From an uncultured Chloroflexia bacterium (lineage in GTDB: Bacteria; Chloroflexota; Anaerolineae; Anaerolineales; Villigracilaceae): a DNA stretch of 64,000 bases. Shown here in pieces: positions 51,031 through 59,207 of the stretch. Below the pieces are notes generated by a model. That model was not told the origin of the DNA. It saw nothing but the letters and a program-made list of their open reading frames with translations, and searched no databases. The position numbers were made by a program, and so were the translations under genes. Within the stretch, counting starts at the first letter, position 1, and each line of letters opens with the position of its first letter. The DNA is taken from positions 160,812 to 224,811 of the forward strand of contig CAWKNE010000008.1 of the NCBI GenBank assembly GCA_963850945.1. Direction: 5' to 3'.

Positions 51031-52005
51031 TTAGCGCAGGTTGAATGACAGTTCATTGAGCCGGGCCATTTCATCGTCAGACAGTTTGAACTGCATGGCT
51101 CCGGCGCTTTCCTGCGCCTGGTGGACTTTGGTAACACCGGGAATGGTCACGATAGTATCACCGTGGGAATGGATCACCCAGTTCAGTGCAACCTGGGCAG
51201 CCGTGGCATCGTATTTGACGCCGATCTCCTCCAAAGCCATCACGAGGGACCGGCTTTTCTCAAGACCGCTCTGCAGTCTGCCGCGCCAGAAAAAGAATTT
51301 CTTCTTCAATAGCTCCGGGTTCTTGTGATACTTTCCGGTCAACAATCCCGAAGCCAGCGGGGTATAAGCGATGATGGTGATCCCCAGTTCTTTGGCGGTA
51401 TCCAAGATGCCATTCCGTTCGATGGAACGATCCAACAGGCTGTATCGAACCTGATTCACTGCCAGGGGCAATCCGCGCTTTTGCAGTGTTTGATAAGCCC
51501 GGCGCATCTGTTCGGAATTGAAATTGCTGATGCCCACCGAGCGGATCTTGCCAAACTCGACCAGGTCTGCCATCGCTTCCATTTCCGCCTCTGGCGAGGA
51601 AAAGCCAAAGGGCTGGTGAATCATGTACAGGCCGATGGTGTACCCATCCAGAAAGCGAATTCGGTTCTGAATTGTGTGTGGGATGTTGCGAGCCGTTCGA
51701 AAGAGCGGCCACCATTTGGTAGCCACCACAACCTCATCATCCTTTTTTCCCGCGGCTTTCAAAGCAGTTGCGAGAGAAGCCTCGGATACGCCTGCTCCAT
51801 AAAGCTCAGCCGTATCGAACCAGTTAATGCCGCCATCCAATGCGGCTTTGACGGTGGCATTTTTTTCATCCTGGCCGATCACCGGAAAAGCGGAGCCCAC
51901 CAAGCCTCCACCGCCGGAGAATTCCATCATCCCCAATCCGATGGGAGTGACTTCGATATTCGTTTTCCCAAGAGTGCGCTTTGAAAAAGATTGATGATCT
52001 GACAT
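51031..52005 (-). CDS. Aldo/keto reductase
   Basis: 324 aa. Contains IGLGMMEFSGGGG...FDTAELYG...GISNF motifs. Confidence 0.85.
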   Translation of the reverse strand: MSDHQSFSKRTLGKTNIEVTPIGLGMMEFSGGGGLVGSAFPVIGQDEKNATVKAALDGGINWFDTAELYGAGVSEASLATALKAAGKKDDEVVVATKWWPLFRTARNIPHTIQNRIRFLDGYTIGLYMIHQPFGFSSPEAEMEAMADLVEFGKIRSVGISNFNSEQMRRAYQTLQKRGLPLAVNQVRYSLLDRSIERNGILDTAKELGITIIAYTPLASGLLTGKYHKNPELLKKKFFFWRGRLQSGLEKSRSLVMALEEIGVKYDATAAQVALNWVIHSHGDTIVTIPGVTKVHQAQESAGAMQFKLSDDEMARLNELSFNLR

Positions 52006-52221
52006 GGATTTGTGCCTTTTAGAGATATCGTAAAGTTGAGAGAAATTGACAGAGGAATATTATACGCCGCATCACTCTCGTGTTTTCAGGTATCGGGTTG
52101 AGGAACCTGAAAAATAAACGCATTCAACTCCTCTTCCGTTGCGGACTGGGGCTCAATACGGGCAAAAAATGGACGCTTCGTCAGGCTCTGCGCGGCGCTC
52201 GCCATAGGGCACATGCCGGGA

Positions 52222-52701
52222 TCAGGGTCCGGGTGTCGTCAACGGGATGGGTGTCATGACCGAATATACGGACATATCCGTACCGGCATGAATACTAAGA
52301 TTGACCGCCTGTATCCAACAAGCCTGGCGGAAATATGGGTTGAGGATGATATACCAGCCCGGCACACTTCCAATCCCGTGCAAGTCAACTCTCTGTCCCT
52401 TGCTGATGTTGCTCACCAAAACATAGCTGGGGCCCGGGCCGCGCCAGCATCCGGCAAAGTTCACAACAAGGGGCGACTTGACCGGTCCGCTCGTCGGGGT
52501 GATCGTAGCGGTTTGGGTAAAGGTGGCTGACGGCATAGGCGAAGGTGCGGCGGCAGTTTTAGTCAGCGAATCGGATACGCCGCGGGCGATGTTCGTTGCC
52601 AATTCATCCACCGGCGGCGGAGTCGCTTTGGGCGCGCAGGCCGTGCCAACGAGAATTGCCACAAAGCAAACGATTGTCAGATGCAGAAATCTCAAGTTCA
52701 T
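52222..52701 (-). CDS. Secreted lipoprotein, possible SH3-like C-terminal domain (hypothetical)
   Basis: The internal start MNLRFLHLTIVCFVAILVGTAC (lipobox) is preferred over the ORF-track start at 52860. Confidence 0.45.
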   Translation of the reverse strand: MNLRFLHLTIVCFVAILVGTACAPKATPPPVDELATNIARGVSDSLTKTAAAPSPMPSATFTQTATITPTSGPVKSPLVVNFAGCWRGPGPSYVLVSNISKGQRVDLHGIGSVPGWYIILNPYFRQACWIQAVNLSIHAGTDMSVYSVMTPIPLTTPGP

Positions 52702-52814
52702 ATCACATCCATTCGATAATCTTAATAGACCGCTCGCGAAAACCGCTCGCGAAACCGTGGTTGACCGAAACACGTATATAACAATGACAAATGATAATAC
52801 AAAAGGAGAACAAA

Positions 52815-53036
52815 ATGACCGCGGAAACCAAATCGAACGAACAGCAAATTCGGAAGCCAAAAGTGATTTATCGGAACGGCGCTTCAGGGGCTGTCTATGG
52901 ATTAGGCTTGATCGGCGCGTGGGTCTATTACCTCAGCCATGCCGCCACATTTTGGCTGGGCGTGTTGGGATTCTTCAAAGGCATCGTCTGGCCCACGATG
53001 CTGGTCTACGAATTGATGAAATATCTCCATATGTAA
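52815..53036 (+). CDS. Small two-TM membrane protein (hypothetical)
   Basis: An AAGGAG SD lies 6 nt upstream of the ATG at 52815. Contains GAVYGLGLIGAWVYYLSHAATFWLGVLGFFKGIVWP. Confidence 0.45.
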   Translation: MTAETKSNEQQIRKPKVIYRNGASGAVYGLGLIGAWVYYLSHAATFWLGVLGFFKGIVWPTMLVYELMKYLHM

Positions 53037-53271
53037 CACCATGTTTGCCCCCGCCCCCGCTCGCGGATAGCATCCCCTTTGGGGACTGTAGCCGCCCTGA
53101 GAAACGGGCAGACAGCGCGTTGACCTTCGCTTTTAGATGCATCATTTTCCTGCCAGCCAGGCCTTGTTTTGTGGAGATAGGTCGTGGAGTCCTTTTAGGA
53201 GGATAATCATCTCCTCTTGAGGGAGTTCCTTCAAGCGTTTTTCGATTTCAGTCCATGTCATGGTTCACATA

Positions 53272-54114
53272 TTACACACGAAAGGCATCCACATTTTCGC
53301 GGCACCATTCTTCAAAGGTCCGCGCAGGGCGGCCGGTCAGCCGTTGAACCGTGTCCCTCACTCTTGCACTTTCATTCTTGCGTATCGACTTGAGCAATTC
53401 CATCAAGCTGTTGACCCTTCTCTTATCCATACCCGATTTCGACATCGATAACTGTGCAACGAACGGGGGAATGTTCACATAACAAATCGGCTTGCCAAGC
53501 GTGCGGGAGATGATGCCGACCATCTCTTTCACCGTCAGCAGCTCGGAACCGGTCAGTTCATAGACCTGGCCGCTGTGTCCTGGTTGAGTCAAAGCCAGGG
53601 CGGCGACCGCAGCGATGTCGCGTGAATCAATCGGCGCGGATTTGCCCTTCCCGCCGGGGAAGTAGACCGCGCCTCGGGCTTTGATGCTCGCGGCCCACCA
53701 GCCAATCGAGTTGCTCATGAACATGCCAGGACGCAGGAAGGTCCAATCGAGACCTGAGGCGCGGATCAATTCTTCGCGCTCGAAGGACCATTTGCCGATG
53801 GCGATCTTGTGCTCGGTGGCTTCCATCGTGGACAGCTTCACGATGTGCTTGACGCCGGTGCGTTTGGCGGCCTCCAGCACATTCACGTCTTGCTGGGTGG
53901 TGAGTGTCACCAGAAAGAGCCGCTCCACATCACGCATGGCATTGATAAGCAAGTCTAAGTCGTTCAGATTGCCCACGGCGCGTTCTATGCTTGGATCGAG
54001 ATGAGCAACCTTTTGCGGGTCACGAACGAGCACACGGAAATGTTGACCAGACTGAAGCAACTGAGGGACCAGTTCCCTTCCAACGTGTCCGGTGGAGCCT
54101 ATAACGAGAATCAT
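53272..54114 (-). CDS. NmrA/SDR-like NAD(P)-binding protein
   Basis: Rossmann motif ILVIGSTGHVGR. 280 aa. Confidence 0.75.
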   Translation of the reverse strand: MILVIGSTGHVGRELVPQLLQSGQHFRVLVRDPQKVAHLDPSIERAVGNLNDLDLLINAMRDVERLFLVTLTTQQDVNVLEAAKRTGVKHIVKLSTMEATEHKIAIGKWSFEREELIRASGLDWTFLRPGMFMSNSIGWWAASIKARGAVYFPGGKGKSAPIDSRDIAAVAALALTQPGHSGQVYELTGSELLTVKEMVGIISRTLGKPICYVNIPPFVAQLSMSKSGMDKRRVNSLMELLKSIRKNESARVRDTVQRLTGRPARTFEEWCRENVDAFRV

Positions 54115-54258
54115 GATGCTTCCTTTCAGATTGAAGAACGGATTTTATTATCAATACCGATCATATCTTTTTCGAAATCCCACACCACATTGACCTTCGC
54201 CTGTCGAAAATGCCCGCCAGCGTACAAGCCATCCAGATAGGCGACGATACTCCGCCGT

Positions 54259-54774
54259 TCACGCTTTGCTGCCATAAGATTCTATATCGAGAGACATAAC
54301 ATCCAATGAAATTCCACGTTCAGTGCGACTTTGAACCGTCTTGAAGCCTCGTTTTAGATATAAATCTTGAGCATGCGTTGTCTCCAAAACAATTTTCTTA
54401 CAACCTTCTTTGTGAGCAATCTCCATAAGTTTATCAAGTATAAGTAAACCATAGCCTCTTTTCCGATATTTCATTTTGACAGCCATTGCCGTGATACAAA
54501 ATATTCTACCGTCAGGTTGGTGGGTCGTTAAGGGATTCTCATCTAAGCCTAGCTCGCGCTCAATCAGCCATTTTTCAGAACAACCGTAGGCAGCAATTTC
54601 ATTATCTGCCACTAAAATAATAAAACCGTTTGGGAATGCCGTCAGTCGGAGCTGAAAAGTTTCTGGCTTTTCAGCGGTTCCGTAAGGAGAGAAAGCCTCA
54701 ACATCGATTTCTGCAACCGCAGGAATATCTTGATCTCTGGCATTTCTAACAAGTATCTTGGTGTTATCGTACAT
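54259..54774 (-). CDS. GNAT-family N-acetyltransferase
   Basis: Acetyl-CoA motif MKYRKRGYGLLIL. AT-rich. The stop codon sits inside an hsdS conserved-region remnant. Confidence 0.8.
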   Translation of the reverse strand: MYDNTKILVRNARDQDIPAVAEIDVEAFSPYGTAEKPETFQLRLTAFPNGFIILVADNEIAAYGCSEKWLIERELGLDENPLTTHQPDGRIFCITAMAVKMKYRKRGYGLLILDKLMEIAHKEGCKKIVLETTHAQDLYLKRGFKTVQSRTERGISLDVMSLDIESYGSKA

Positions 54775-54828
54775 GGACTAATTCCTCTCGGTGTGCCTTT
54801 ATTTTCACAATTGCCTCTACAATAAATT

Positions 54829-54865
54829 CCCCTTCCCCAAAATCGAAGTGCGGATTTGGGGGAGG
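54829..54865. repeat. GC-rich palindromic element (variant B)
   Basis: CCCCTTCCCCAAAATCGAAGTGCGGATTTGGGGGAGG, with stem CCCCAAA / TTTGGGG. Confidence 0.65.
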
Positions 54866-54907
54866 CTGGGAAGCGGCCAGCTTATTCTAATAACGCCTTC
54901 TCAAACT

Positions 54908-55195
54908 TCATCTTTGCTTCCTGCCATTCGCCCTCAGCGGACTCACGCAGGCGGCGCGCTTCGCCGCGGCAAGTGTGAGTGCGTCGCACCTTCCCGACAG
55001 GGCGCTCTGATTGAGCGGCATGATCTCATCGAGTAGATTCATCTCGTTTAGCATGGTGCGACGCACCCTCGCGGACTGTAACCGCCCTGAGAAACGGGCA
55101 GGCAGCGATTTGACCTTCGCCTGCAAACCATCCAGATAGGCGACAATCCGCCGCTGTTCATCTTGTCTGTCAAAACAGGTTATCTTATGTTTCAT
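54908..55195 (-). pseudogene. Truncated hsdS remnant (conserved region only, no target-recognition domains)
   Basis: Begins ...DEQRRIVAYLDGLQAKV... then a coiled-coil-like tail ...NLLDEIMPLNQSALSG. Bases 55110-55147 are near-identical to hsdS 55703-55740. Confidence 0.7.
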
Positions 55196-55207
55196 AAATA
55201 GCCAGCT

Positions 55208-55615
55208 TTATCCTGTGATTAGCGACCACTTATGCAGGAAATGTTGACCTCCTGCTTTTACATCTGCACGCGAGATTACTATGCGTGTTTTATATTTGCG
55301 AACAAACTTCTCCAATTCATTGGATGGAATTATCCAAGCAGATGGCGGAAAAAGAGGATCGGTTATTTTGCCTTCAAAACTCACAAGTACATAGAAGTGT
55401 TGAGTATCCAAAAAATTGTGGATGTTATCCGCAGGCCAATCATAACGTCCTGCAAGACCTTTTACCTCAACTGTGGTTATTGTTTTATTCTCATTAGCCA
55501 CGATAATATCAACAGCCTTTTTATTGCCAAGTGTAAGTGCTGCGTCTGCGCCGAGACGATGAAGCATGGAGAGTACATAAAACTCAGCAGCAAGATTTGT
55601 ATTGTAAGTCGTCAT
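55208..55615 (-). CDS. Small PD-(D/E)XK-fold nuclease-like protein (tentative), translationally coupled to hsdS
   Basis: 135 aa with E11 ... D36 (AVDIIV) ... E50-V-K52 (TVEVKG) spacing. Its ATG overlaps the hsdS TGA (ATGA at 55612-55615). Confidence 0.45.
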   Translation of the reverse strand: MTTYNTNLAAEFYVLSMLHRLGADAALTLGNKKAVDIIVANENKTITTVEVKGLAGRYDWPADNIHNFLDTQHFYVLVSFEGKITDPLFPPSAWIIPSNELEKFVRKYKTRIVISRADVKAGGQHFLHKWSLITG

Positions 55616-56967
55616 AGTTCTCCTTTGAACGCCCTATCCAGTACGGACGGCATCAACGCTGACAATTCCTCCCCGCTCGCGGACTGGTACTCCTGCAGCG
55701 CATTGACCTTCGCCTGCAAGCCATCCAGATAGGCGACAATGCGCCGCTGTTCGTCGAGCGGGGGAAGGCAAATCCACAAGTTTACTTGTTTCATAACACT
55801 TACTTGATTACGAGTCGTTTGTTTCATTATCCAGCGCAGTTGATTTTGAAACAAATCAGATTTCATGAAATGAACAAGGAAATTAGGCTCAACAGCTTGG
55901 GGGTTGCATCTGTAGTAAGTAGCAGATGTTCCAATCAAGAAGTCGCCAGCGTCTACTGGTGCTCTAACAACCTTACCAACACTTGCATTGTGGCTAATTA
56001 AAACATCTCCACCTTTTGCAAAACCAATTCGTAGTTTTGCTGCTCTTTCCTGCGGCAATCTTGGAGCGCCGTGAATATCTACCCAGTCATCATACATTTG
56101 TTTTGCAGTAACAAAAGGTATTCCATCATCGGAGAATTCACTTTGCCTTGGATAATCTCCACCATGATTTCCATCTTGTATTTCAAGAATCGCGCCAATC
56201 TCTTGGAGTTCTCCATAGGTGATAATCTTCCAAGTATCAGGAATTTGTGGTGGTTCAGGCAAATTCATCGAACTGCGCTTTCTGCTTGGTGCGTGGTTTT
56301 CCCATACCTGAGAAGCAATAAGTTCAAGTAGTTTTGAAACAGGAAGAATGCTTTGATTTTTCTGTCTCCATTCAGCAGTCAACTCTCCTGTGCAGGCTTT
56401 ATATCGATTAGAAGCGATAAACGCAATCGTTTCTTTCTCTGCCCTCTTCGCGCAGACGCTGTGCCTCATTGACCTGCGCCGCCAACAACTCGATGTCTTC
56501 GACAATGCGGCGTTGCTCCGTCAGCGGCGGAAGGGGAATATTTATATTCAGAAAAGCAGTTTCGTCTGCACGAATCCTTTTCGTTGTTCCTGAACTTGTT
56601 CGATTTGCGTCATCAATAAATCCAGGAGTTTTTACATAAAGAGCAAGAAAATCAGGATAGATTTGATTTTCATCGAAGTCATAAACCCAAAAATCATTTG
56701 AAACAATTGCCCCATCAAGTTCTTTCGGTACTAAACCAATTGCCCCGTTACGAACATCAATCCGAGACATTAATAGTTGTCCAGTTTTTACATAAAACTG
56801 GCGTTTCGTTTTGATGTCTGCCCTTCTTGTTCTCCACGCAAAATAACACCTTTATTCCAAAGGCGAACAGTCACTTGTTTGTAGGTAACCAAATCGTCAA
56901 TGGCGAGTTCTGATTTCACACGCTTGAGAACATCACTTAGTTGAACAGTTTGCCAACTGTTTATCAT
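55612..56967 (-). CDS. hsdS: Type I restriction-modification specificity subunit; two apparent frame breaks (about 56820 and 56450)
   Basis: TRD1 (SRIDVRNGAIGLVP), central conserved region (PPLTEQRRIVEDIELLAAQV), TRD2, and C-terminal conserved region (PPLDEQRRIVAYLDGLQAKV...VLDRAFKGEL). The ATG follows the hsdM TAG directly. Confidence 0.85.
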
Positions 56968-58556
56968 CTATCCACCTTTTGCCAGCAACGACTTGATTTC
57001 ATCCATAATCTCCGCAATCTTTTTCTCTTTGACGAGTATGCTCTCCGCCAACTCGGCAGGCGGCAAGTGTTCCAAATCTTCTTTGCGGCTGGGATTCTTG
57101 ATATCGAGATTGACGCTCGCCACATCCCCTCCGCCGTTGGTCTGGATCACGTCTGCGGCGCGCACTTTCCAGGCGCGCTCATTTTCAACACGGTTGTCCC
57201 ACCAATCCAAAATCGGCTGGAACTCTTCGAACTGCAACGGGCGCGTCTTGGTGTAGTTCTTCACGCTTTCGGGGGGAGAACATGCTCATAGAACCAGATA
57301 TCGGTCGTTGGGGCGGAGCATGCTCCGCCCGTACCAGGACGATCAAAGAAAAGCAAATTGGTCGGGATGGATGTATACGGCGCGAACACTCCGTTGGGCA
57401 ATCGGATGATCGTATGCAGGTTGAAGTCTCGCAGCAACTGCGCCTTGATGCGCGCCGCCACGCCGTCACCAAATAGAAATCCATTTGGAACGACCACGCC
57501 GCTTCTTCCATCGCGCTTGAGCGAACGCATGATGAACTGCATGAACAGCAGGGCGGTCTCGCTGGCACGCGTGTTCTCGGGAAAGTTCAACTGGATGCCC
57601 GCCTCTTCCTCGCCGCCGAAGGGCGGGTTCGTCACGATCACATCGAAGCGGTCTTTCTCGCCGATCTCGTTCAGCGGATTCTTCAAGGCGTTATCGCGGC
57701 GAATATTGGGCGTTTCGATTCCGTGCAGTAACAGGTTCATGGTGCTGAGCAAATACGGCAGCGGCTTCTTCTCCACGCCGAACAACGTCTCGGTTTGCAG
57801 GCTCTTCTGCTCTTTGGAATTTTTGACCTGCGGCTTGAGATACTCATACAACTCAACTAAAAATCCGCCCGTGCCGCAGGCGGGATCGAGAACGGTCTCG
57901 CCCAGCCGCGGCCGGACTCTATCTACGATCAGTTTTACTACGGGACGGGGTGTGTAGAACTCACCTGAGTCGCCTGCCGCGTCGCGCATTTCTTTGAGCA
58001 TCAACTCATACAAATGCGCCAGCGTGAAAATCTCATCCTTCGATTGAAAGTGGATGGCATCAACGAGATTGACCACATCCCGCAACAGATACCCCGATAA
58101 CATGCGGTTATACGTTTCCTTGAAGACCTCCGCCACCTTCAAGCGTTCATCCGAACCCGACAGCGAACGCAATGCAGGCAACAAGCCATCATTGACGAAC
58201 TTGATCAGCTCCTCGCCCGTCGCGCCGTTATCTTCATCCGACGCCCAATCCCGCCAGCAATACGGCGAAGGAATCACAGGCTTATACTTCTCCCGCGAAA
58301 CCTTCGCATCCTCCTCGCGGCGCATCTCCAGATCATCGTAACACTTCAAAAACAGTATCCACGATAGCTGCGGCAAGCGATCCAAATCGCCATTGAGTCC
58401 CGCGTCCTTCCGCATAATGTCGCGCGACGATTTGATGAGGGAGGAGAGAGAGGCTTTGGTGTTCGACCCCTCCCCAGCCCTCCCCAAATTCAAAGGATTT
58501 GGGGAGGGTGTCACGAAGTGACGGGTGGGGCTTGCTTTTGTTTTTTGTTTGGCCAT
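56968..58556 (-). CDS. hsdM: Type I restriction-modification N6-adenine DNA methyltransferase subunit; apparent frame break at G-run 57271-57276
   Basis: SAM motif VLDPACGTGGF and catalytic motif IVTNPPFGG. One extra G joins the pieces as ...FYEHVLPPESVKNYTKTRPLQFEEF. Confidence 0.9.
58464..58530. repeat. GC-rich palindromic element (variant B) inside the hsdM 5' coding region
   Basis: Stem CCCTCCCCAAA (58478-58488) / TTTGGGGAGGG (58498-58508), plus GTCAC-GAA-GTGAC (58510-58522). Confidence 0.75.
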
Positions 58557-58564
58557 AATCTCTG

Positions 58565-59161
58565 CTACGATCTCTTCTTCTCGATATACTTGACGCCTTT
58601 GATATCCTTGAAATGCTCATCCTGAGTCCAAAGCGTGGCATTCTGTGCGCGGGCCGTTGCGAGGATGATGCTGTCTGCCATGGCGAGTTTCAAATCCAGT
58701 GAAATTTGCGCAGCTTCCATGGCGACTTCGCGATCCAATTCAATGACCTGTCCATGCGACATCACACCCACTGCCTGCAAAGCGGCATCTTCGCCGCGCT
58801 CCACAAGCAGGCGCTTGAACACTTCATAAATACAAATGGTGGGAATGATTAAATGGTCGAGGTCCCGAATGGGGGAAAGGAAAAATTTGGCGTTTTTTTC
58901 GTTTGCGAAATATTCAATCCAGCCCGATAAATCAACCACATTCATGAACGCGCCCTCGTCTTCTTCCTCGCGCAGGTTCTTGGTATTGATTCCTTCAAAC
59001 ATCCCACAGCACTTCTTAACGGAAGGCACAATCACAAGACGGATGCTCTTTTGAAAAGGAATGAACATGAGCTTTTGCCCCGGCTTCAAATTAAATTGCT
59101 CCCGAACTTCGCGCGGAATGACGATTTGATATTTGGACGAAATAGTGGTCAGGGTATTCAT
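58565..59161 (-). CDS. AbrB/SpoVT-type antitoxin domain + PIN (VapC-like) toxin domain in one ORF (vapBC, possibly artefactually fused)
   Basis: The N-terminus SSKYQIVIPREVREQFNLKPGQKL is AbrB-like. MNVVDLSGWIEYF... begins the PIN domain. An ATGA sits at the junction, but both parts are in the same frame. Confidence 0.7.
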   Translation of the reverse strand: MNTLTTISSKYQIVIPREVREQFNLKPGQKLMFIPFQKSIRLVIVPSVKKCCGMFEGINTKNLREEEDEGAFMNVVDLSGWIEYFANEKNAKFFLSPIRDLDHLIIPTICIYEVFKRLLVERGEDAALQAVGVMSHGQVIELDREVAMEAAQISLDLKLAMADSIILATARAQNATLWTQDEHFKDIKGVKYIEKKRS

Positions 59162-59207
59162 TTTTACAACTCCTTATCGAACTAAAACGGTAAGGCGATT
59201 ATACCAT

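Noticed and set aside
53050-56967. A phase-variable hsdS shufflon (inverting hsdS half-genes).
   Set aside because: All conserved-region copies are in direct orientation, not inverted. No recombinase gene is present in the window. The remnants lack target-recognition domains.
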